A stretch of 62,868 nt of DNA, the filler included, from Chiloscyllium plagiosum (lineage: Eukaryota), in NCBI RefSeq assembly GCF_004010195.1. It is 6 parts of one record of this genome, joined end to end, with 100 filler letters (N's around TTAATTAATTAA, not from the genome) between each part and the next. Parts side by side here need not be neighbours in the genome. Positions count along the whole stretch, not along the records: positions 50,705 to 59,620 come from NC_057717.1; positions 59,721 to 62,868 come from NC_057717.1; 4 more parts are not named here. One strand, given 5' to 3'. The translations under genes and the position numbers were made by a program. The notes beneath the pieces were generated by a model. It worked only from the letters and a program-made list of their open reading frames with translations. It was not told the DNA's origin and ran no database searches. Below, piece after piece: positions 50,705 to 62,790 of the stretch (position 1 is the first letter of the stretch; every line of letters begins with the position of its first letter).

Positions 50705-51731
50705 CTCCATTTCAGAATGGCAGGCAGTGACCAGTGGGGTACCGCAGGGATCAGTGCTGGGACCGCAGCTTTTTACAATATGTATTAATGATATAGAAGA
50801 TGGTGTTAGCAATAACATTAGCAGATTTGCTGATGATACAAAGCTGGATGGCAGGGTCAAATGTGATGAAGATGTTAGGAGATCACAGGGTGACATGAAC
50901 AAGTTAGGAAAGTGGTCAGATGCATGGCAGATTCAGATTAATGTGTATAAATGTATGGTTATCCACTTTGGTGGCAAGAACAGGAAGGCAGATTACTACC
51001 TAAATGGAATCAATTTAGGTAAAGGGACAGTACAAAGAGATCTGGGTGTTCTTGTACACCAGTCAATGAAGGTAAGCATGCAGGTACAGCAGGTAGTGAA
51101 GAAGGCTAATAGCATGCTGGCCTTCATAACAAGAGGAATTGAGTATAGAACCAAAGGGGTTCTTCTGCAGCTGTACAGGGCCCTGGTGAGACCACACCTG
51201 GAGGATTATGTGCAGTTCTGGTCTCCAAATTTGAGGAAAGACATTCTGGCTATTGAGGGAGTGCAGCGTAGGTTCACGAGGTCAATTCCTGGAATGGCGG
51301 AACTATCTTACACTGATAGACATGAGTGACTAGGCTTCTATACCCTTGAGTTTAGAATACTGAGGGGGATCTGATTGAGACATGAAAGATTATTAAAGGA
51401 TTGGGCACTCTGGAGGCAGGAAACATGTTTCCGCTGATGGGCAAGAGGACACAGCTTAAAAATACGGGGTAGACCATTTAGGACAGAGATGAGGGGAAAC
51501 CTCTTCACCCAGAGAGTGGTGGCTGTGTGGAATGCTCTGGCCCAGAGGGCAGTGGAGGCCTAATCTCTGGATTAATTTAAGAAAGAGTTGGGTAGAGCTC
51601 TCAAGGATTGTGGAATCAAGGGTTATGGAGATAAGGCAGGAACAGGATACTGATTAAGAATGATCAGCCATGATCATATTGAATGGTGGGCAGAATGGCC
51701 TACTCCTGCAACTATTGTCTATTGTCTATTG
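50705..51731 (+). mobile_element. CR1 RT C-terminal half and 3' UTR (relatively well preserved)
   Basis: 200-aa ORF TSGVPQGSVLGPQLFTICIND..RFADDTK..LVRPHLEDYVQFWSP; (ATTGTCT)n tail. Confidence 0.95.
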
Positions 51732-52546
51732 CATATCAGCATGCTCCACACTAATATCACTATCCTCTGTATCTTCTCCTGAGTGAAATCCCATGTAAAG
51801 TAAGCGTTCATGATCTCACTCCATCCTATGCCTCCAATCACATATTTCCTGTGTTATCGTTGAGTGTTCCTACCTTCTTCCGAGTCATAATTTATTGCAT
51901 GCGCACATAATGCATTGTGATTCTCTTTAACCATGATAGCTGAAGTCATTTCATCGTACGTTTTTCCTCTCCTAATACACTGCTTGAGTTCTTTCCTTTT
52001 TTGTATTCCTCATGGACCGTGCCCAAATGTAGCTTCCTAAAACTTTACATATACTTCTTTTTTTCTTGTCTTTGACTATCTATTATTGTGCAAGTGTCTG
52101 TAGCCTTGTCCTTCTCCCTTCCTGGAGCATGCCATTCTTAACATTCACCCCCTGGGAACTCCACTCTAAACTTTCCTCTGTCAGGAAACAGTATTTTTCC
52201 TACCACTCAGTCAATGTTATCTCTATGTTGCACTGCCCCTTGTTCCGTCACCGATAACTTTGCCCACGTCTGTTGCGTGGTACCTTCAGGAAATCCCTGT
52301 AAACCCCATCAGCAGCATTGCTGCCATTAACCGCTTCTTTTATGGTTTATTGGTTTGTGAAAACCAAGGCATTGAGGTGGAAGCGCCAAATGCGAAAGGG
52401 GACCTCCAGAGGAAAAAACAAGTCAAAAGGGAAAAACAAAAAAATGGTGCCACGAGAGGAAGAGAAAGATAGACAGACACACAGACAGACAGACGAGAGA
52501 GAGAGAGAGAGAGAGAGAGCTGAACAATTATCCAGTTACACTAAAA

Positions 52547-54127
52547 ATGGTCTCCAGCAAGAGCAAACAAAAGGAGATTCCACACGGGACTTGGAATGGC
52601 CAATCAAACATAAAATACGTGCTAAATAGTTACGACCCAGAGTCTGTAAAGCAGTTAGAATTGTGGATTAAAGAATGTGGTTTTCCGGAGGGAAAAAGTA
52701 TTATTAAAAGACAGCTTTATATATTGAGGTCGTGGTTGGAGGAGAGACAGAAGGAGAAAAGAAGGGAAAAATAGAACCTGTGAATTGCATTGCTTATAAC
52801 ATGTGGAAGACTGAGGCTGATATCAGAGAAAGGAAATCTCATGTAAAGGATGGATCAACTACATCTAGAATCACCAGCGCACATGCAGACGCGCATGGCA
52901 AACAACCGAATTAAGCTGTACAGTGTCTTAAGTGTGTTTCAGATCCTGACCTTGATGACTGCCCTCCGAGACCTGCAGCCCCCACCTCCGAGATCCGCCT
53001 GGCGAAAGTTCCACTTCAGCGGCCGCTGCCTCAGGGTCTGCTGGATCACCGATTGCACACATACCCACAAACAATTGAAGCAAGAAGCCTAAAAGAAGGA
53101 CGACCACTCCAAGATGGAAAGGTCTCCAAGGCCTGTTCACAATCACCACCCGACGGATGATGAGTCAGCCAGTGAGGGTACTGGCGCAGGATCATCGAAC
53201 CAGGTAGTTCTGCAAGCCCCAGTGGTTGAAGTTGCAGGTCCAGAAGGGTGTCCAGTGTTTGTCAGCCGGCGATGGACCATGAAAGATATGGAAAGTGCCT
53301 TTGGCAGTTGCCTGACCCACGCGAGTTTGGAGGTAATAAGTTCACCGAAGGAGTGACAAGGTTCTGTAATGAGTTCTGTCCCATGTCGCATGAGATGAGA
53401 CTTCTCCTGGGATGAAAACTAGGTGCCGACGACACCAAAATCAAGTATACCTGGCCAACTGCAAATGTCAATGCCAGAGTAGCCAACCCGCAAGCAGAGT
53501 GGAATGGAGACTTTAATGCTTTTGTTGCAGCGCTGGCAGCCGCCTGTAGGGAGGTATTCCCAGTGCGAATGGACAAGAGCAAAATAGCAATGTGTAAACA
53601 GCGGGAAGATGAGACCGTGCCCCAGTACCTTACACCCATAATGCCCATAGTGGACTGAGATCATGCGACAACATAATGGCAGCAGAAATCACGGCGTATG
53701 AGGCACACCTGAAGAACAGCTTCATCAATGGAATGAAGGACGAAATAACGAAAAAGGTCAAAGACACATGTATTACTGGGGAGACAGGAAAGCTGAATTT
53801 GTTAGAACAACATGCGATACATGCTGAAAAATTGCTTACCCAAGAGAAGGATAAGCGGAAACTAAAGACAGAACAGCAAGCACATAAAGCTCAGCTTCCT
53901 GTGATGCAAATGGTCACCCAAGCGTTGGAGGGAGGTGCTGCACGAAGAGAGAAAGGCAGAGGTGGAAGTCACGGAAGAAGAAGAGATCATGGAAGTGGTC
54001 GCAGAAGAGGCGTGGACAGACGTAGATCTGGTGGGTGTTTTGTTTGTGGACCAATGACCACTGGGTGAGGCAGTGCCCGCAGAGACAGTCCCAATCAGCC
54101 CTGGAGGCTGGACAGCAGGGTGATTGA
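52547..54127 (+). pseudogene. gag: ERV-B gag
   Basis: MVSSKSK (probably from MGSSKSK), LELWIKECGFPEG, LQAPVVEVAGPEG..RWT, MHR-like KIAMCKQREDETVPQYLT, frameshifted CFVCG..DHWVRQCP knuckle, TGA at 54125. Confidence 0.85.
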
Positions 54128-54620
54128 CAGGGGAAGGTTGAGGTGCTGGTGGGCAGCCCACAAGGTACAGGTAAGCCTCTTTCCTTTATGCTTGGCAACA
54201 AAGACTCGCTTATTCTAATCTCTTCTACGAACCTTATGGGCACTAAGACATATCACACCTCTTCGTTGAACGCTGAGATTGCGAAGTGTGGACAGAATGT
54301 CCAATATCACGGTGATGCATATAAGTTAATGCCCACCTCTATGTTATATGTGGAAGGTACATTAGTTAACTTTTTGATAGATACAGGGGAAACATACTCA
54401 GTCCTTAAATTAAGCCAGTTTACACAATCGACACAAATAAAGATGAGTGAAAGGTTCCTGAACACAATGGGTGCATCAGGATTCGTGGTGATGGAGAGAT
54501 TTTCCGCACTCATTTTGTGCTAAATTAGTTACAGGGAAACAGTTCAATTCTCCTTCTTGTTATCGGAATTTTGTCCTTTAAATCTGATGGCTCGGGACCT
54601 CATAAGGAGACTGGGTTGGA
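54128..54620 (+). pseudogene. pro: ERV-B protease
   Basis: VNFLIDTGETYSVL..TMGASG; FLLSEFCPLNLMARDL. Confidence 0.88.
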
Positions 54621-54689
54621 CTTGCTCAGTACTCCGACGGGCTTGCACGAGATTCAGAAGGACGATTAACTAGTGCAGACTGTAAAATA

Positions 54690-55260
54690 TAACCCACGAC
54701 CCCTGATGCATGTTTATGAGTGGTGATTAATCCAGAAAGCGAAAAGTTTCAGTGAGCGATTCCCTCACCCTGAAAGCAAACAACCGTGTCAATCCTATTA
54801 ACACCGATTTTCTTGCTGGAGATATGTTGCACTGAACAGCACACATACACCGTGACAGCCCTGACGAACCATATGAGAAGGATTTGTTCAGGAGATTGGT
54901 AAAACCGGATCACTTGTTATTGTGCGAATTTTATTGTAGTGATCACAGATGTGCAGTCAGTGTGAACTTATCTGAGGTATTTGTAACAGGAAACAGACCC
55001 TATTATTTGATGTGGAAGGCTCCGCTCCTCGTGTATCACTGGCGAAGGCATCCATTGATAAGTAGCAGAATTTGGGACCATGGGTGCTAAAGGCACAAAT
55101 AAGGAGAGGTTGTGTCTTCAGGGACGATGTGGGTATCTGGTTCAATGCAGATATGCGGACATATACGAAGAAACTAAATTGGCTAACTCAGCCAGATAGG
55201 ACAATCCAGGTAACCCCCGCTAGCCATGAAAAGTCTAGGGGGATAGCCTGACGTTTGCCT
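54690..55260 (+). pseudogene. Decayed 2H phosphoesterase-like domain between PR and RT
   Basis: MLH*TAH (54824-54844, probably from LHCTAH) and SAPRVSLAK (55021-55047, probably from PHVSL), about 66 codons apart. Confidence 0.55.
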
Positions 55261-55269
55261 AAGAGAGCG

Positions 55270-55668
55270 GTCTCTGACCCAAGATTAAAAATGGTCCCTA
55301 CTGAGTTGTAGGCAAAGGGCAAACATGATGTGGGGCTCATAAAGGGCTGTGAGCCCATACGGATAACACCGAAGTCTGGGAATCATCTTTGCACAGCACA
55401 ATACCCGTTAAAACCCGAAACCATAGAAGGAATTACTCCAGTCTTTGAATCCCTCTTGTGAAAACTCAACGGTGAGAACCCCCATTTTTCCAGTCAAAAA
55501 GGCAAACATCCCTGGTGAACCAGAGCAGTGGAGGTTTGTTAAAGACATGTAGGCAGCCAATACCGCGGTTGTTCCGCGCGCCCCACATGTCCCCAACACC
55601 TACACTTTATTGGCCCAAATTCCACGGGCAGAAAATGGTTCTCTGTTGTGGATTTAGCAAATGCCTTG
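55270..55668 (+). pseudogene. pol: ERV-B RT N-terminus, truncated before YxDD
   Basis: KHDVGLIKGCEP..QYPLKPETIEGITPVF..TPIFPVKK..WRFVKD..VPNTYTLLAQIP..WFSVVDLANA. Confidence 0.9.
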
Positions 55669-55949
55669 AGCTCTGCAGTCTGATCCCCGGGGCGAGACTG
55701 AAGACGGACTGTGGCCCAGAATACTGCTTCTGTATGGACCTTGGAGAGTAGTTGCAGCGCTGCTAGTTGTACTGTTACGTTGTTTGTCTTTGTGTGACTT
55801 GTTTTGTTTATTTGTTTACAGATGATTGTTTACGATTCTGGGTTGAGGTGAACGGTTTGTGAGTATCTATGGGACTGACTGAAGTGCCGGCCCCGGGACA
55901 GGTCAATCCTTTACCGTTGTGCAGACCGGACCCCGTGCTTTTGCCCCCT

Positions 55950-56800
55950 CAGGGGCTATCGTGAAACAGGCAGCACACCCCCAATCCCAAAAACCTTTTG
56001 AACATTTACAGTTGGATTTCATTGAACTAACGCCCAGCGAAGGGAAAATATATTGTCTGGTATTAGTTGATATGTTTTACAAATGGGTGGAAGCGTTCCC
56101 CACGTTTAAACAGGATGCCAGTGCAGTACCCAAAGCCTTGCTTACTGAGATAATACCGAGATGGGGCATCCCGAAAATGCTAAGTAGGGCACCATTTTTC
56201 AATAATGCCCTACAGCAGATCAGTGATTATTTGGGAATAAACATGAGACAACTCTGTGCCTACCACCCAGGGAGCGGTGGGGCAGTGGAAAGAGAAAACG
56301 CTACCTTAAAAAAAATTGACAAAATGTTGTGAGTAACTAGCGGTGACATGTACAAAGGCATGTCCGATTGTGCTAATGTACATGAGATCAAGGAGGAGAG
56401 GAAGAGCTAATTTTAGCACGTTTGTGATTTTGTTTGGTCGAACACTAAACACAGGAATTGGCCCAAGACCGAAGATAACAAGCCACTGTCAGGATGAGAT
56501 GTTGTGTTACAGTATAAAACTCATTACACTTTTGTCTGAAATACAAAGTCAAGTCAAAGCAGCACTACCCCAACCAGCAGCAGGGAAGCTGCATGATCTA
56601 GAACCTGGAGACTGGTTAGTTGTGAAAGACTTCAGGAGGAAAATACCTGGAAGGCGAAGAGATGGCTGAGACCGTTTCAAGTGCTCCTCACAACACAGGC
56701 AGCAGTTAAGATCGCAGAAAGAGCCACGTGGCTACACGCCAAACATTGGAAGTGTGTAGCTGTGTCTGAGGAGACATCGGACAGCACCAGAACCAATTAA
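55950..56800 (+). pseudogene. pol: ERV-B integrase core and C-terminus
   Basis: PFEHLQLDFIEL..LVLVDMFYKWVEAFP..EIIPRWGIP..AYHPGSGGAVEREN; PFQVLLTTQAAVKIAERATWLHA. Confidence 0.92.
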
Positions 56801-57137
56801 GTGCAAGCAGAGATTAGAAGCCTCATACGAATATGGGGCTGACCCAGCTCACACTTTTAGCAAGTGCCCTGGTAGGACTATTCGTAAGGGAATGGCTATT
56901 GCGTGGACCCCACCCTACCATGTCTTTGACGAGTGTGATGTGTGAACATGGGCTGTGAACGGAGCACACCAGGGCAAGTGGCGATACCACTACAATGCAG
57001 TGTTTCGGGTCAGTGGTGTCTGAGGAAAAGGCCTGGAGTTTTCTAAACGTTTTCTGACGTATAGCTGTTCTGGCTCTGTATTCTTTGTTGTTGCTTTAGT
57101 TATCATTGTTGTCATAAAATGACAAAAAGGGGGAAAA

Positions 57138-57551
57138 TGTAATGGAAAACTTTCATTTACTGTGAAATTTAAACAGAATGCTTTTCTTTAAACCAATACT
57201 GTACTGAGTTTTGTAAACGATGCTTTGATGAAGGTTTGCCGTTAGCTTATCTCTGTTTGAATTCTGTTAACTTTCGACTCAATCTTGCGATAGTTGATCT
57301 AAGTGAAGTCTGACGAACTGTTATGTCTATGACCGGGGATGAGAGGATAACAACTTGAGTTTCCTCAGTATTTGCCCTTGAGACTGTGATAAGAAACTCT
57401 ACAAGGCAGGCGTCTTTATATTGTTTCGGTATTCTTTGCATTGAGGCATCTGACTTAGTTTAATGAGTCAAAAATCCTGCAGAATTTTTAATTAAGATCA
57501 TTTCTTTGCTCTTGCTAATTAGTGAGACAAGTCGATTTAATTTCCACGACA
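57138..57551 (+). repeat. ERV-B 3' LTR, preceded by PPT AAAAAGGGGGAAAA (57124-57137)
   Basis: TGTAATGGAAA...TTTCCACGACA imperfect terminal inverted repeat; CR1 sequence resumes after 57551. Confidence 0.75.
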
Positions 57552-58135
57552 AGGTCAAATACTTTTCATCATTATGTAAATCATTTGGATTTGAACACAG
57601 GAAGTAGAGTTACTAAGTTTGCAGATTATATAAAATTGGAGTTGATTAGTGAGACAAGTCGATTTAATTTCCACGACAAGGTCAAATACTTTTCATCATT
57701 ATGTAAATCATTTGGATTTGAACACAGGAAGTATAGTTTCTAAGTTTGCAGATTATATAAAAATTGGAGTTGTCGTCGATAGCGAAGGCAATCAGAGTAG
57801 GATGGGTTCTTGATCAGAAAGGCCAATGGGCTGAGATGTGAAAGATGGGGTTTAGTTTAGGTAAATGTCAGGTGCTGCATTTTGGAAAGGCAAATCAGGG
57901 CAGGAATTATATATTTAATATTAAGGTTCTGGGCAGTGCTGCTGAACAGAGTGCTTAGAGTGCAGGTTCATAGTTCATACAAGGTATCTGGATGGATACA
58001 TGTGAAGGATTGTTTCGAGCAATATGGGCGAATTTCTGGCAACTCTATGAGGTTACGATATCTGGTCGTCATGGACGAATTGGACCGAAGGGTCTCTTCC
58101 AGTACTGTACACTTCTATGACTCGTTGACTATATC
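57552..58135 (+). mobile_element. Decayed CR1 RT and 3' fragment
   Basis: YVNHLDLNTGSRVTKFADYIK; KCQVLHFGK. Confidence 0.75.
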
Positions 58136-58379
58136 TGACTGTCTTGAAAAATCTCCTGGGAAATTTTCTTAGCGACGGATCAAAGTAAGTAGCCTCATAA
58201 TTGGTCAAAATACCATATTGAAAACTGAGAATGTAATCTTCCAACGTGAGGGACAGGGTTTTTATTCATTAATAGGATGAGGACAGGCGGTATTGGGGAT
58301 AGGAGAGGGAAAGTTGGGTTGAGAATAATCAGATTAGCCACGGTCACATTGACGACTGAGTGAATATCCTTCTGCTGTT

Positions 58380-58640
58380 ACCGACGGCATGACAACAGAT
58401 GAATGGACACTGGGCAACAATCCATACACAAGGATGATCCCACCTAGATGGGGAACACTTCAGCGGGCAGTGACGTTCGACCTCAGAACTTCAGTGACCT
58501 ACCTCCAAAGTGGACTTAGTATGTGCAACAACGCAGAATGACTGAGCAGAGGTTGATGGCCATGTTCGGTAACAATGAGGATGGACTCAACTGAGACATG
58601 AGGTTCATAATATACTGCAGTTGACCGCAAAACACTGCAC
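58380..58640 (+). mobile_element. Penelope GIY-YIG C-terminal remnant (third family), followed by a CA-rich tract
   Basis: GEHFSGQ..TEQRLMAMFGNNEDGLN-like motif. Confidence 0.55.
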
Positions 58641-59199
58641 TCTCTCTCTCACAAAAACATTCGATCTCAACCACGCAAACCTTCTCTCATACACATGCTC
58701 TCTCTCAAGCACACGCATACACCCACACTTACAGACAATCTTTCACTCTGTCACAGGCATATAATCCCCAATACTCACACACACGCTTTATCAAGCACGT
58801 GCATACTCATAGCACACACGCACATAACACACTCACAATGTCTCCCTCTGTCACACATACATACGCACTCTCATTCTCTCTCACTGGTTCACATGCATAC
58901 ACACGCACATATAAGACAAAAGGCTGAATTTTCATTTGCCGAATTGTGTTTGTAGATACATTCTATTGCACCACAATCCGTCAGCAGTCAATACTTCTTG
59001 TAATCCTTCTAAATTTTTATGAATTTGCACTTTAAACGCACAACCAGTCTGACACAAAATTGGAATACATACAGATTCTAACCTCACATATTTAATGCGT
59101 TGCCTGAACTGAGGTAATTTTTTTATATGAAATCATAAGACTTCAAATAAGGACTGGGAATTACATACATATGATTCGAAACCGGCAACCCATTCTCAA

Positions 59200-59620
59200 T
59201 GGACCCAATACCCACCATGAGCAAAACTAGTGTAGTGCACAAAACACTACATAGGACAAACGGGAAGACAGCGAATGATCCGCATCCATGAACATCAACT
59301 AGCCACGAAACGAACCGACCAGCTATCCTTAGGAGCCACACACGCAGACGACAAGCAACATGAATTCGACTGGGACAACACTACCATTATAGGGCAAGCC
59401 AAACAAAGAACAGCCAGGGAATTCCTAGAAACTTGGCACTCATCCACAAACTTCATCAACAAACACATCGACCTGGACCCAATAAATAGGCCACTACAGC
59501 GGACAGCTGCAACTGACAACCAGAAGCGGCAGGGACAGGCCACTATAAATACTGGAGGAAACACCACAGAGCGCTTCACAGGAGGCTACCAAGCATTGAG
59601 GATGTCACCTAGACAGGGGA
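59200..59620 (+). mobile_element. Penelope GIY-YIG fragment with the start of a hammerhead motif
   Basis: HYIGQTGRQ..IRIHEHQLATKR..HEFDWDNT..REFLETWHS; TTGAGGATGTCACCTAGACAGGGGA, cut off by the spacer. Confidence 0.88.
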
Positions 59621-59939
59621 NNNNNNNNNNNNNNNNNNNNNNNNNNNNNNNNNNNNNNNNNNNNTTAATTAATTAANNNNNNNNNNNNNNNNNNNNNNNN
59701 NNNNNNNNNNNNNNNNNNNNAAATCAGCACCTCAGCTGTGGGTCAAATAATGGCCAATAAAGATTGAACACCTGGTCCGTGGTTTTGTAACTCACATTTC
59801 AATTCATATAGCTCCACATCGCAAGTGTATTTTAACAGACTTGTCTCTTTGTAGTTTTCATGTTTTGGTATGTGCAGGAATGCTTGTTTCTTGTCCCTGC
59901 ATTTTGTGTTGAGTAAACACATTTTATTACTGAGAAAGA

Positions 59940-61633
59940 AAGGACTTGTTCCGATGGGACAGTCTTCGTCTGAACCGTGCTGGGACTAGAGTCCGAGTGA
60001 ATCCTAAGCAGGGCTGGAGACAGAGCTCTAAACTGATTAGGTGTGTGTGTTTTGGCAGGGTGGGGGTTCCGTTATAGGTTTTAATTAGCAAAGAGGAGGT
60101 AAGAGTACAGAGCTCAGGAGAGATTATTAAAATCTCCAGCACAGATGCAAATAGGACAGACTTTATGAAAAGTGTAAGCAATCAATCTTCAAGCACACTG
60201 GACAAACAAATGACAATGAGAAGTGGGACTGTTAATACAAGATTGAAGGGGTTAGATCTGAATACATGCAGTATAAGGAATAGAGTAAATGACCGTGTGG
60301 CACAGATTGAAATTGGTAGGTATGACGTGATGGGCATCACAGAGAAGTGGCTACAAGAGGATCAGGGTATTCGAGGACATATATCCTATCGAAAAGATAG
60401 TTGGCTGATAGGAGTGGGTGTACATTATTAATAAGAAATGAAATTAAATCAATAGCAATAAAGAAAATAAGGTCAGATGGTGTAGAATCTGCGTGGGTAG
60501 AATTGAGGAACCACAAAGGTATGACAATCACAGTTGGAGACTTGCGCAGGACTCCAAAGAGTAGTCAGGAGCTGGGGGACAAGATACACGAGGAGATAGA
60601 AAAGATCTGTAGGAAAGGCAAAGTTACAGTGATCATGGGGATTTCAATATGCAAGTAGAATGGGAAACCAGGTTGGTAGTGGATCGCAAGAAAAGCAATT
60701 TGAGGAATGTCTGCGGGATGGCTTTTTGGAGCATCATGTGGGTGGAGCCCACTTGCGAACAGATGGCACTGTATTTAATGACGCAGGCTAGATAAGGGAG
60801 CTTAAGGTGAAGCAAAACTTCAGAAGCAGTGATCAGAACATGGTTGACTTTAATCTGCAATTTGAGAGAAAGAAGGTAGAATCAGAGTTAATAGTATTTC
60901 AGCCGAATAAAGGCAAATGGAGAGGCATAAGTGAGAAGCTGGGTAGAATTGACCGGGACAGGGGTCTAGCAGGAAAGACAGGGGAACAGCAATGGCAGAA
61001 GATTCCAAGATTCCAAGATTCATTAAGGAGACTCTGCAGAGACTCATTCTCAGTAATAGAGGCATGGTACATGGAGGATGAGTTAGGCAGAAGATGGAAA
61101 ACTGCAGGCTGATTAGCCTAACTTTGGTTGTGGGTAACATCATGGAATCCATCGTGAAGAATGGGATTTCCGAATACCTGGAGGTCTTTGGTAAAATAGG
61201 ACAGAGTCAGCATGGTTTCATCAAGGGGAGGTCATGCCAGATAAATCGGCTAGAATAATTTGAGGGTTGAATGAGCAGATTAGATCAAGGAGAACCAATA
61301 GATATTATCCATCTGCACCTCAAGAATCCTTTGAAAGGTGCTATGCATGAAGCTATTGAGATATGGGCCCATGGTGTTAGAGGCAAGGACTGAGCATGGA
61401 TAGAAGTTTGGTTGTCTGACAGAAAGCAGAGAGTGGGGATTAAAGTGTCCTTCTCAGGATGGCAGCCAGTGACAAGTGGTGTTCCACAAGACTCAGTGTT
61501 GGGACCACAACTTTTCACTTTGTGCATTCATTATCTATATGAAGGAACTGAGTGTATTCTGGCTAAGCTTTCAAACAGTGCAAAGATAGATAGAGGGACA
61601 GGTAGCATTGAAGAGGTGGTTCGGCTGCAGGAG
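59940..61633 (+). mobile_element. Decayed CR1 (EN plus RT), resuming after 62790
   Basis: LNTCSIRN..VMGITEKWL, VESAWVELRN, SQHGFIKGRSC, TSGVPQDSVLGPQLF. Confidence 0.88.
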
Positions 61634-62790
61634 GGTGCTCTAGCGCATCACCTCAACTTCCCACACCCTCACACTTGAACTCCGCCCTTCCAACTACAAC
61701 AAGTTAGAACCTCTCTGGTGCTTGGCTTCCATCCCACCAACCTCAGGATACAACGCATCTTCCTCCGCCATTTCTTCCACCAACAGTCAGACCCCACCAA
61801 CAGAGATATATTTCCTCCCACTCCTATCATCAAACTGCTGTGACCATTCCCTAAAAAACTCCCTCGTTAGGTCCATGCGGCCGCACCAATCCACCTTCCA
61901 CTCCGGCACCTACCCTTGCATTGAAAGAGGTATGAAACCTGTGCCAACACCTCCCTCCTCACCTTCACCCAAGGCCCCAATGGATCCCTCCACATCAGGC
62001 AGAGAACATCCTGTGCATCCATACACCTCATCTAGTCTGTGCATTGCTCCTGGTCTCCATTACATTGGCGAGACAGGACGTCAACTTGCAGAACGGTTCA
62101 GGGAACACACTCGGACACACAAACCCAACAACACCACTGCCCTGTGGCTGAATACTTCAACTCCCCCTGCCAATCCACCAAGGACATGCAAGTTTTTGGC
62201 CTCCTCCACTGCGATATTCTAGCCACCTGACATCTGAAATAAAACGCCTTTGAACCCTCCAAACACACGGTATCAAGGACAGTTTCACCAGTTTCCACGT
62301 CTCCCCTCCCTCCGCCTTATCCCAGATCAAACCCTCCAACTCAGTACTGCCCCCTTGCACTGTCGTGCATGTCCATCTTCCTTCCCATCTACCCACTCCA
62401 CCTTCCACTCTGAACTATCACTATCACCACCCACTTTCCTCTAGCTGTCGCATTCCAAGCTACCTTCCTCCCAGTGCCAACCCCTCCCATTTATCTCTCT
62501 GCACCCTTCCGCCCACCCCACATTCCTGATGTAGGCTTTATGCTTGAAACGTCGAATCCCCTGCTCCTCGGATGCTGCCCGACAGACTGTGCTTTTCTGT
62601 GACCACACTTTTTGACTCTGATCCCCAGCATCTGCTCTGCACCCTTCCGCCCACCCCACATTCCTGATGTAGGCTTTATGCTTGAAACGTCGAATCCCCT
62701 GCTCCTCGGATGCTGCCCGACAGACTGTGCTTTTCTGTGACCACACTTTTTGACTCTGATCCCCAGCATCTGCGATCCTCATTTTCACCT
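61634..62790 (+). mobile_element. Penelope-like element 3' part (GIY-YIG and terminal repeat with two hammerhead-like motifs) inserted in CR1
   Basis: GLHYIGETGRQLAERFREH..PVAEYFNSP; ATTCCTGATGT..GAAACGTCGAAT at ~62522 and ~62660. Confidence 0.88.

Larger units (their letters stand above)
52547..57551 (+). mobile_element. Defective fish epsilon-like endogenous retrovirus (ERV-B); 5' LTR not found
   Basis: Colinear gag, pro, an extra domain, RT N-terminus, IN, env stub, PPT and LTR. Confidence 0.88.

Noticed and set aside
51740..52545. Expected 5' LTR/PBS of ERV-B, and a faint minus-strand EW*EKYCF gag-like motif
   Set aside because: No match to the 57138-57551 LTR was found, and the gag-like motif is too short to support a call.
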